Shown: piece after piece, positions 53,601 through 64,000 of the stretch
Position numbering within the stretch: the first letter of the stretch is position 1
Layout: each line of letters opens with the position of its first letter
Assembly (NCBI GenBank): GCA_951406725.2
Contig: OX597815.1
Location: 163,370,001 to 163,434,000 of the forward strand
Direction: 5' to 3'
Origin: Octopus vulgaris
Lineage: Eukaryota
DNA length: 64,000 nt
The notes under the pieces: model-generated
Databases searched by the model: none
What the model was told of the DNA's origin: nothing
Seen by the model: only the letters and a program-made list of their open reading frames with translations
Program-made: the position numbers and the translations under genes

Positions 53601-53925
53601 TATGGCTCAGTAGTTAGAGCGTCGAGCTTACGATCGTGAGGTTGCGAGTTCGAATCCCGGAACCGGGCTGCGTGTTGTGCTCTTGAGCAAGACACTTTAT
53701 TTCACGTTGCTCCAGTTCACTCAGTAGAAATGAGTTGCGACGTCACAGGTGCCAAGCTGTATCGGCCGTTGTCTTTCATTTGGATAACACTGGTGGCGTG
53801 GAGAGGAGAGGCCGGTATGCATGGGCAACTGCCGGTTTTCCATAAACGACCTTGCCCGGACTTGTGCCTGGGAGGGTTACTTTCTAGGTGCAATCCCATG
53901 GTCAGTCATGACCGAAGGGGGTCTC
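53601..53925 (+). mobile_element. SINE family C
   Basis: tggctcagtagttagagcg...gagttcgaatccc...gtgctcttgagcaagacactt. Confidence 0.8.
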
Positions 53926-54211
53926 AGCAGCATACATACATACATACATATACACAAATATAAAGTTTCTACACACACAAGCATAGGCATCTATGTATAA
54001 TAAAGAGTATGGATTTATATGTTACTGGAATTACTTTAATTCAGAGGCGGCATTTAAATCGATACCATTGATGATATCAGATAGCCGAACACAGTAAACG
54101 GGCTTGAAACGGCATACCAAAATTTAAAATTATTTCATCTATGTATAATATATACACATATATCGATACATCTATATACAAGCATCTATATACAAGCACA
54201 TACTCACATAG

Positions 54212-54413
<202 letters not shown>

Positions 54414-54965
54414 TATACAAACGAACACATATTTAAACACAAATGTACATTCTCTCAGATACATACATACACACGCTCATATTTAAACAAAACTCATATA
54501 CAATTAAAAGCAGACAAGTGTAAATCATAAAATACTTGTCGGTTCATAATTTAACAACAATGAAAATAACTGTTTATGGGGTTATAATGGTAGACTATAA
54601 TTAAGATAAACGGCAAAGTTTTGCAATATAAGTTTTGAAAGTAATATTCTAACAAAGATTTTGCCAAAGGCGTGGTATTGTTGAATGCGTATTTAAAAAA
54701 TATAAATACTTGATTTAGTAATTGCGAACAGAAGAAGTAGACTATGCCAGAAAGGTTTTACTGTTTTAGTCGGCAAGTTGTTATACTTTTGGAATAACTG
54801 TTTTGGCAAAAATTATTTCATGGCTCGGTTTGGTGCTTAGGTTGCAAGGTTTATTATTAGTATTGAGCAATTTGCTCTTGGAAAACATTTCTATTTGAAG
54901 CCGTGCAAGATATTTGTGACTTTCAATCTTATGCAAGCTTGAAAAATTGAGTGTTGTTGCATGTA

Positions 54966-55532
54966 TTGGGTTGTGCGGAAAGTTCGTGCCGATTTATAGT
55001 AGCTTAAATTTCGACTTATTTTAGAACATGGTTGAGTCCATAAAATAGGATGTGACTACACCTCCATTTAGAGCACAGTTTAAGCTATCTTTTCGTGGAA
55101 GAAGGTTTATGTTTCTATAACCTGTGTTAATTCTGTGTACCCTTTAAAATGGAAGATAAGAAAGTACATTTTCGGCACTTGATGCTTTGGGAACCAGACA
55201 AAAATTGCTGCAGCTCGGCTGTGATGTGTTACCCCACTCTCCATATTCACCAGATATTGCTCCTTTGGATTTCTACTCATTCAGATCTCTACAGAATAGT
55301 CTTAATGGTAAAAATGTCAATTCCTTGAATGACGTAAACAGATACCTTGATGAATTCTTTGCCATGAAACCACCTCAATTCTGGGAAGAGGGTATTTTCA
55401 AATTAAAGGAAATATGGAAACGCATTGTGCAACAAAATGATTCATATTTGGTTGATTAAAAATATAATGGCAAGTATTTATTGACCTTTTCGTTTCCTTT
55501 AAAAATCGGCACGAACTTTTCGGACAACCCAA
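54966..55532 (+). mobile_element. Internally deleted non-autonomous mariner with both TIRs and TA TSDs
   Basis: TA|ttgggttgtgcggaaagttcgtgccgattt ... aaatcggcacgaacttttcggacaacccaa|TA, with a PYSPDIAPLDF motif. Confidence 0.92.
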
Positions 55533-56654
55533 TATTTTGGCCGCTGAGCTTGTATGTTGATAAAATGCAAATGGGTTCTAAGTGAGGAAAATGTATATCC
55601 AAGATAATTCCTCATTTAAGTGATATTTTCACATTAAACGATAATTGTTAGGGTTAATGCTGTAAGAAAAACTTGTGTTGGTAATGTATGGATGGACATT
55701 CACTTTGTAGTAGTTGAAAGAAGTGACAATATTTTGTGTGAAATTCAAATTCCGCTGAGGTCGACTTTGCCTTTCATCCTTTCAGGACGGATAAATTAAG
55801 TACCAGTTGCGTAAAGGGGTCAGTCTAATCGATTGACCCCTCGTCCCAAAATTTCAGGCTTTGTGCCTAGAGTAGAAAAGAATATTTTGCGAGAAATTTA
55901 GGCGGCGGGCTGGCAGAATCGTAAGCATATCGGGCAAAATGCTTATAAGCCCTTCGTCCGTCGTTTCGTTCTGAGTTCAAATTCCGGAGAGGTCAACTTT
56001 ATCTTTAATCCTTTCGGGGTCCATAAACGTAATACCAGTCAAGTCCTGGCTTTGTGACAAAATTTGCTGGCTCTGTGCCAAAATTTGAAACCAATATTTT
56101 ATGTGAAATGCGGTATGGTGTAGCATGATACAATATTTTACACTGTTTGCATTGTGGTTGATAATTCTTGAAGCGCAACAAAGCTTTTGTGCAAGATGTT
56201 TATTTTGTCTATCGGTGTTTATAGTTTATTAATAGTGTCGGTATATTTGATATTTTCTTGGAATCCACTGCAAAGTAGGGAAACATAATAATTAGATGAA
56301 TTTATGACGATTATTTGCTTCACATACACATTAGATATTCCCAATAAAAATTTTCTCTATGGGCTATTGATTATTTGTGTCCATATTTTTAAGTACAAAT
56401 AAATTATTCCAATTTTCCTTCTGCCTTAATTACCATTAGCTTTCAAGGAATAGTTTTTCTCACAAATTCCCATTTAATTAATTTGCCAGTCGATTAAAAG
56501 ATAATTTATACTTTTCCTTCTTAGCTGTTATCTCTCCCACATTACTGTTTAACTCTTAATTTGGCATTAGCGTAAATTATATTTATGTATCAATATATGT
56601 TTATGTTATTATGTATAACTAAATTCCACCACTGGTTCTTTGTTACATATTTAA

Positions 56655-56696
<42 letters not shown>

Positions 56697-57086
56697 TCTC
56701 AAATTTACCCATACACACACACACGCACACATAGACATACAGAGGTACACACACAGACACACGTATACACTTACACACGGGCGCGCGTATACACACACGC
56801 ACAAATATACTCTAGAGATATACAAAAAGAAACACAGGCAAGTGAAAGAGTAACAAACATGGGGTGGTAGTTAAACGCTCAGGGACACTGGAAAGAGTCA
56901 TCAACGTTTCGAGCCAACGCTCCTCTAGAGAAAAACAAAATTGAAGGAAGAAAACAGATGGAGAGAGATATGTACGTGCGTATGAATGTATGCATATATG
57001 TATGTGTGTTTACACACACACACACACACACACACATACACACACACACACATATATTACTATGTAAAAATATCAGGTACACTTCA

Positions 57087-57899
57087 GGCGGTGAGCTGGC
57101 AGAAACGTCAGCAGGCCAGGCGAAATGCTTAGCGGTATTTCGTCCCCGTTACGTTGTGAGTTCAAATTCCGCCGAGGTCGACTTTGCCTTTCATTCTTTC
57201 GGGGTCGATAAATTAAGTACCAGTTACGAACTGGGGTCGATGTAATCGACTTAATACCTATGTCTGTCCTTGTTTGTTCGCTCTGTGTTTAGCCCCTTGT
57301 GGGTAATAAAGAAATAGGTATTTCGTCCGCCGCTACGTTCTGAGTTCAAATTCCACTGAGGTCGACTTTGCCTTTCATCCTTTCGGGGTCGATTAAATAA
57401 GTACCAGTTACGCACTGGGGTCGATATAATCGACTTAGTCCATTTGTCTGTCCTTGTTTGTCCTGTCTGTGTTTAGCCCCTTGTGGGTAGTAAAGAAATA
57501 GGTATTTCGTCTGTCTTCACGTGCTGAGTTCAAATTCCACCGAGGTCGACTTTGCCTTTCATCCTTTCGGGGTCGATAAATTAAATACCAGTTGCGTACT
57601 GAGATTGATCTAATCAGCTGGCCTCCTCCCCCAAAATTTCAGGCCTTTTGCCTGAAGTAGAAAAGAGTATTAGATACACTTCGGGCGGTGGGCTGGTAGA
57701 ATCATTGGCATGTTGGTCACAATGCTCAGCGGCATTTCGTAAGTCTTTTCGTACAGAGTTCAAATTCTGCCGACGTTGACTTTCTTTCATCCTTTCAGGG
57801 GTCGACATAATAAATACCAATTGAGTACTGGGGTTGATTTAATTGACTTACCCATTCCTCAAAATTGCTGGCCTTGTGCCAAAATTTGAAATCAATATT
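57087..57899 (+). mobile_element. SINE family B trimer followed by another copy
   Basis: Units restart at 57317 and 57501 (184-bp period). A new head begins at about 57683. Confidence 0.85.
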
Positions 57900-58359
57900 A
57901 GATACACTTACAGAATCTTTTAGCATTGTTTTACAACCTTAGTTTTGTACATAACACATTTTGTTATCTTCTTTTCTCAGAACTTATTTTGATCATTTCT
58001 CGTCTTCTCTATATTAACTGACAATGTTTAATCAATGTTTACGTACTTAATTGTTAACTGAACTCCACTTTCTAGATATTTGAAAACATCGCGTTTGTTT
58101 GTTGCATAAACATTTTTGTTGCCTGTCTTACAATCAAAGTAACAGTATTTTGAAGACTTCAGCAATATGAAATAACAACCCCACATTACTCTGCTATTTT
58201 ACCGCCATTAACCCACAACCATCTTGCATCTTAATTGTAATAAATAATCTATATGTATACATGTTTCTAAAAAAGACAATCAATAATTTGATAGGCTTTC
58301 GAAACGGAACAATCGCTTTCATTGTCTATACAATATTGCACAGACACACACATACTCAA

Positions 58360-58422
<63 letters not shown>

Positions 58423-58635
58423 GACACACACACTTACGCACAAATATTAAAAAAATTGAAAATATTTTTCAAATCTTTTAAGTTATTTAATTTGAGGAGA
58501 GCATCGTTGAACCTAGAATAAAAATTTTGCTTTGATGTATATATTAATTCTTCATTCTCAAGCAATATGTCTTTTAGTTGAGATATTTTATCATATTTCT
58601 TGAACATTCTCAGTCAAGTTCTTTCTTTTTTTCAT

Positions 58636-58667
<32 letters not shown>

Positions 58668-59447
58668 TATTACTTGCTTCCTTCATAGATTGCACTACAC
58701 TCGTGTCAGGGTCCATTGTTCAAGAGTTTCGGTCGGTTATTCGATATCCGCCGTAATTTGTCTTGTATTTCCTAACACTGACCTTCAGAGGGATGAGAGT
58801 CAAGTTTGACCGAGCGTAAAGGAATGTGCTTGAAGCGGATCAAAATAATACCACCACAAGGTATCTTTGTCTGACGCTTCCAACTTGAAGCATCTCATGT
58901 CGCTATTTTCAAATACACACAGATACACATAAGCAAGCACACACATAAACACGCACGCACACACACGCACACACATGTATGCATCCTACCTTGTTCTTTC
59001 TTTCACCTCCTCTCCATCATTTCTCTGAATTTCTTTTCCTACTCTCCGAACTTTTTTCTCCTTCCTCTCTCTGAAGAAGAGATTGTTCGAAACGCCACGC
59101 CACCTCTTTTCTGACGTTTTGTTGCTTTTGTTGTTTCTGCTGTTCATTTTTTACTTACTCATATATGTGTGTGTGCGTGTGTGTGTGAGTGTGTGTGTGT
59201 GTGCGTGTGTGTGTATGGAGGCGCGTGGCTTAGTGGTTAGGGTGTCAGCATCATGATCGCAAGATTGTGGTTTCGATTCCTGGACAGGGCGACATGTATA
59301 TATATATAAACGTCTTTAACGTTTCGAGCCTATGCTCTTCCACAGAACGGAACACAGAAAGAAACAAGGAGAGAAAATAAAGAATGTGTAGTGGCTAGCG
59401 ATCCATCATGGTGAATTGTGTGTGTATATATATATATATATATATTG

Positions 59448-60212
59448 TCTAAACAATCCCGCTACAAAGCCAAATACGAAGCTATCGATGATCAAATCAG
59501 AGATGAAATATCCAAACTAACGACCGGCAATATAGCAGAAAAAATGCGAGAACTATGGATCAGAGATATCTCAAAAGAAGAAAGCAGATCAAGAAAGTTT
59601 TGGCAGCGGAAACAATTATTTCTCGACAAATATGCTACAAATTACGGTAAAGACACCAGAACTCCGAGAAATAGCATTAAAAGTGGACAACCTCACCAAC
59701 GCAACATACACCAGAACACGTGGCAACATGAACAACCGTTTCACCACGAATCGAAGACGAACTACGGTAAGAACTCTTCCCATTTTGTATGCAAACACCC
59801 TAATGCACACAACATGAACAAAAAGCACAAACAAAATAGATATTGTTTTGAACAGACCATTAGCAGTAGAAATAACAGGAGATCATTTTCAAGACCTCAA
59901 CAGAGATTACCCACAAGAAACTGGACAAAAAACCGATCTAGATCTAGAAGTAAACCCAGATCATTTCTCCAGGTGGTTAAAAACAATGCTAACAAGAAAT
60001 TGAAAAGTAGCATACATAATACCAAAAACAAGACAGAAAACATAACGAAACCAAGTAAAGTACCACAACCAAAACGCAAAATTCATCAAGCAAACATCAA
60101 CAGGAATATAAATCATAACCAGAAAAAAATCCATTTTTTTACGTCAGGACAACAAACACCGGAGAAAGAAAAAATCCAAGAGGAAACATACCCCAAACAA
60201 CTGAACGTATAG
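59448..60212 (+). CDS. 5'-truncated basic N-terminal ORF of the PLE
   Basis: A 255-codon open frame rich in K/R/N/S (RSRSRSKPRSF). It has the same A-rich strand bias as the RT and overlaps the RT frame. Confidence 0.65.
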   Translation, partial: SKQSRYKAKYEAIDDQIRDEISKLTTGNIAEKMRELWIRDISKEESRSRKFWQRKQLFLDKYATNYGKDTRTPRNSIKSGQPHQRNIHQNTWQHEQPFHHESKTNYGKNSSHFVCKHPNAHNMNKKHKQNRYCFEQTISSRNNRRSFSRPQQRLPTRNWTKNRSRSRSKPRSFLQVVKNNANKKLKSSIHNTKNKTENITKPSKVPQPKRKIHQANINRNINHNQKKIHFFTSGQQTPEKEKIQEETYPKQLNV

Positions 60213-61942
60213 ATCCTAAAATAATTAATTTATCAAAAAGAGATCTTGACAATGATGAAATCCAACTTCTGTCAAAAGGACTGAAATTCACACCTACACC
60301 AACAGCCAACCACCAAGAATTAAAGGAGGATATCCAAAAATTCTGTCGAAAATTACGACTTGTAGAATTCTTCGCTAACAAAAGTAATGAGATTGATGAA
60401 TCCCTAGTAAGGAATAAATCAAATTTCACCCCACCAAAAGGAAGAAATAACTACCTTGACCAATACATTGATATCCTGTCTAAATTTCCCCTTAGACGCA
60501 ATACCAATGTTAGGCCAAACATTAGCAAATCAGAGATGTCTGCATGTAAACGTATACAAAACGATCAAACAATAATAATTAAACAAGCAGATAAAGGTGG
60601 TGCAATTGTTATTATGGATACCGAATACTATAAGGATTTGGTTGAAGACCAACTGAAGGATACAACCTTCTATTGTGAAATACCCGCAAATATAGACCAC
60701 CACATCATGAAAAAGATCAACAACCTGATTTCAACACACCACAACTCACTTACGGATAATGAAAAAGACTACATCACCAATTTTGAACCAAAACCCAGCA
60801 ACTTCTACGGCTTACCAAAAATACACAAATCAAAAAACATTCAACAGGCAGTAAAAGAACAAGAAAGTGAGTACATAAAATTATTACATCCAAAAGACCT
60901 AAAACTTAGACCTATTATAGCTGGTCCAGCATGCCCTACACACCGTCTAAGCAATTTTATTGACATTGTTTTGAAACCACTATGTACTTACATACCAAGT
61001 TTCATCAGGGATGACATCGACTTCCTGTCCCATCTTCCCAAAACAACAGAAACAAATTCAGTTTTGCTAAGTTTTGATGTGGTAAGCCTCTACACCAATA
61101 TTCCACACGATTTAGGAATAAAGGCGATTAAATACTGGTTAGAAAAACATAGAGAAGTGATTCCCAGCAGATTCACAGTGCCATTTATATTAGACACAGT
61201 CAAACTTATTCTAGAAAATAACACATTCTTCTTCAATGGAAAGAATTACATCCAAATTAGAGGCACGGCGATGGGAACGAGGTTTGCTCCCGTTTACGCC
61301 AACTCTGTAATGGGATACTTAGAAGAACAACTCTACCAAGAGGTGGAGGTAAACTATGGCACTGGATTTAGAAAGTATATTGAAAAGGCATGGAAGAGAT
61401 ACCTAGACGACTGTTTCATAATCTGGACAGAATCTCTAAATACTCTGGAAGAGTTCAATATCCTCCTGAACAACCTACACCCATCTCTCAAATTTACAAA
61501 GGAGATGAGTAGTACCAAATTACCATTCCTGGATATAATGGTAATTAAAAAAGACACCACCATCACCACAGATATATACTATAAACACACAGACACACAT
61601 CAATACCTAAATTTTAAGTCGTGCCATCCACCACATACAAAACGTAACATCCCATACTGCCTAGCCAGAAGAATTTGTACTATTGTAGAAGATGCAAATA
61701 TCAGGAACAAACGCCTAATAGAACTAAGAGAATTTTTGCTCAAACAAAAATACCCATCTCTACTTATAGAAAATGGCATACAGCGGGCTATAAAAATACC
61801 TATACAACAACTTAGGACAACCCAAGGAAGAGGAAAACAAGAACAAGTCATACCATTCATAGTGACACACAACCCATGTCACCAGAATATCTTCAACATT
61901 GCCAAAGCAAACCTACCAATCATTGCCCAAAGTAATGAATGA
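60119..61942 (+). CDS. PLE reverse transcriptase (frame open from 60119; first ATG at 60536)
   Basis: Motifs INLS..LSKGLKFTP, KQADKGG, FYGLPKIHK, LRPII, SFDVVSLYTNIP, GTAMG, RYLDD, LPFLD and YYKHTDTHQYL. Confidence 0.95.
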   Translation, partial: PEKNPFFYVRTTNTGERKNPRGNIPQTTERIDPKIINLSKRDLDNDEIQLLSKGLKFTPTPTANHQELKEDIQKFCRKLRLVEFFANKSNEIDESLVRNKSNFTPPKGRNNYLDQYIDILSKFPLRRNTNVRPNISKSEMSACKRIQNDQTIIIKQADKGGAIVIMDTEYYKDLVEDQLKDTTFYCEIPANIDHHIMKKINNLISTHHNSLTDNEKDYITNFEPKPSNFYGLPKIHKSKNIQQAVKEQESEYIKLLHPKDLKLRPIIAGPACPTHRLSNFIDIVLKPLCTYIPSFIRDDIDFLSHLPKTTETNSVLLSFDVVSLYTNIPHDLGIKAIKYWLEKHREVIPSRFTVPFILDTVKLILENNTFFFNGKNYIQIRGTAMGTRFAPVYANSVMGYLEEQLYQEVEVNYGTGFRKYIEKAWKRYLDDCFIIWTESLNTLEEFNILLNNLHPSLKFTKEMSSTKLPFLDIMVIKKDTTITTDIYYKHTDTHQYLNFKSCHPPHTKRNIPYCLARRICTIVEDANIRNKRLIELREFLLKQKYPSLLIENGIQRAIKIPIQQLRTTQGRGKQEQVIPFIVTHNPCHQNIFNIAKANLPIIAQSNE

Positions 61943-62446
61943 AAAGACATAATCAAGGATCGAGCTATGGTGCTTAGTAAAAGACAGCCTAAAAACTTGA
62001 AAACATTACTAACAAAGGCAAAATTTGACCTCAGCAACAAAGACCAAACATTCACGGTATCTAAATGCAATGATAGCCGATGTGGCACATGCCAATTCAT
62101 ACATACCGGTCAATATATAAACACAAAAACCGGGAAAATATTCACAAACGCGAATATGAACTGCAAAAGCAGAAATTTAATTTACTGCATCAAATGCCCA
62201 AATTGTGAAGAAATATATGTAGGTCAGACGGGAAACGCACTATTAGAACGCTCACGTGTACACCGGCAACAGATTAGAGACCCAGAGGTCCGTCAGATAC
62301 CTTTGAGTAACCACCTAGCAACATGTGGTCGGAAAATATATATAATATTTCCATTCTACAAATTACACAGCCCAAGTGAAATCGAGAGGAAAATCAGAGA
62401 AAAGAATTTTATTGATAAATTCGAACCCAAGCTAAATAAGCAATAA
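61943..62446 (+). CDS. PLE GIY-YIG endonuclease domain, in frame with RT after a single TGA
   Basis: CNDSRCGTC linker, then NLIYCIKCPNC..YVGQT...R..H......H and a terminal E..FI.....LN. Confidence 0.9.
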   Translation, partial: KDIIKDRAMVLSKRQPKNLKTLLTKAKFDLSNKDQTFTVSKCNDSRCGTCQFIHTGQYINTKTGKIFTNANMNCKSRNLIYCIKCPNCEEIYVGQTGNALLERSRVHRQQIRDPEVRQIPLSNHLATCGRKIYIIFPFYKLHSPSEIERKIREKNFIDKFEPKLNKQ

Positions 62447-62940
62447 TAATAATACTTAGAGGTATTACTTCCACTGCTACGACCATGACCACTAACAACA
62501 ACAACAATACTAAAGGTGATCAAGACGAAGATAGCAGGAAAATTATCTTATTTAGGGTTAAAAGTTCTATTGCCACCACCATCACCACTAGCAACAATAA
62601 TTAAGGTGCTGACAATGATGATGATGACAATTGAAATATAAAAATATAAAAATCTCTGACAAAGGATATTTACAACATTTCTAAAAATAACCCAACAATT
62701 GCTGCTTCGGCCAGGGTCAAGATACAGGACTCTTGACCTGTCCAACAAAGCGTGATGCCTAAACCAATCAGCTCAACCAACCAATCAGCTTAAGTAATTG
62801 AGTGATACTACACACTGATTGGTCAGAATACAGTTTGCAAAACCTAGCACTCTGGAGCCTACCCAGCTGTATTTATAGCACAGAATCACTCATCTTGCTA
62901 CAGTCAAAAATTGTGAAGCATGACTGTCAACACTACTACA

Positions 62941-62985
62941 TGAACCCGAAGATTGCAGAATTCAATGCATGAAAGTACTAGTTCA
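62941..62985 (+). ncRNA. Hammerhead ribozyme in the PLE 3' pseudo-LTR (U4C variant)
   Basis: tgaac CCGAAGA t tgca gaattcaa tgca t GAAA GTAC TA gttca. Confidence 0.75.
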
Positions 62986-63114
62986 ATCAGAATGAATATT
63001 TAACATTCTACTATTTCATTTTATTTTATTCAATTATAATATATTATCTTATAATATATCATTATAAGATTGTAAATAAAACGTGAAAATCAGACAAGGT
63101 TGGAATTCTTTTTA

Positions 63115-63209
<95 letters not shown>

Positions 63210-64000
63210 ACACACATATATGCATATGTATGTAGACACATATTTACATAAGTAACTGTTTATCTATAATGTATTAAAAGTCAGACTGAATCTTGCTTGC
63301 AATGTTACCCAGCCAAACTGGCGCATAATTGAAAAATGCTATGACTTAAGTATCCCATGAAATGTAAATACGAACGGAATGAAACAAATTTCGCATGAAT
63401 CGGATAAGTGGTAGTGAAGATATTAAGGGTTTTCAGGGTATAAATACTTAAAACGGTGCATAATGGGAAAAGTCACCGAAATTAACTTAATCCCGAAGGG
63501 AAGTAACTCTTAACTTTCGATTAGACCGTGACTTGGCAGCCAAAAAATACAATTTATTTTTTACAGTAAATTATCATTTACAAATATTTTTAAGTGAATG
63601 TGTTTTCAAAAATGTAAATTGTTTGTACAATAAGTATTTATATTTTAGCTTTCTTTAAACCGACAATATTTTAATGTTTTTTAAAATCATTTTCAAGTGA
63701 ACAACATTACAAAATTTTTTTGTGGCATAAACATTTCGTAAAAGACCTGTTCGTAACCTCAGTGTGAAATAATTTTTTTCCATAGGTTTTTTCGAGTGCA
63801 TTTTCGAGTGCATTTTTTCGAGTGTATCTGACTTCCAAAGATTTGGCTGCTATTTGTATCACGCTCTGCTACCACGTAACTGCTTTATGCAATAAAGGAC
63901 CCAAAATACATGTTACGTGGTAGCAGGGCGTGCAAGAAACAGCAGCAAAATGTTTCCTTTTCTGGTGAAAGGTGCCGCTTACGCGTGATTTCGATGTCAC

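Larger units (their letters stand above)
59446..63117 (+). mobile_element. Penelope-like retroelement (Neptune-type), 5'-truncated, inserted in (TA)n
   Basis: RT and GIY-YIG coding region with a 3' non-coding part containing an HHR. (TA)n lies at both ends. Confidence 0.92.

Noticed and set aside
59070-59348. HHR-like remnants (ctgaagaagag..ttcgaaacg at 59072; gagcataggctcgaaacgtt on the minus strand at about 59315; similar at about 56900)
   Set aside because: The cores or stem I are broken. They are probably decayed PLE pseudo-LTR pieces but are not supportable individually.

Overview
Repeat-saturated, AT-rich animal DNA. The SINE families and microsatellite load suggest an octopus or other coleoid cephalopod genome (inference). 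Most ORFs in the track are microsatellite artefacts. The only substantial coding sequence is a 5'-truncated Neptune-type Penelope-like retroelement (PLE; RT plus C-terminal GIY-YIG endonuclease, about 59446-63117). There are also fragments of mariner, Tc1-like, Tx1/L1-like and R4-like elements, two non-autonomous Helitrons, a hAT MITE, dozens of tRNA-derived SINEs and a few possible host exons. The striking content is about two dozen hammerhead-ribozyme (HHR) motifs read by eye, mostly in non-coding elements inserted in (TA)n. They include: a near-perfect 7.9 x 493-bp tandem array with one canonical HHR per unit (retrozyme-like); two related 566/596-bp families; foldbacks with dimer-type HHRs; a G3-C8 core-swapped HHR; and, in two different elements, an HHR-like motif whose three core strands are in a non-canonical, pseudoknotted order. 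All structures are manual pairings, not computed or tested.
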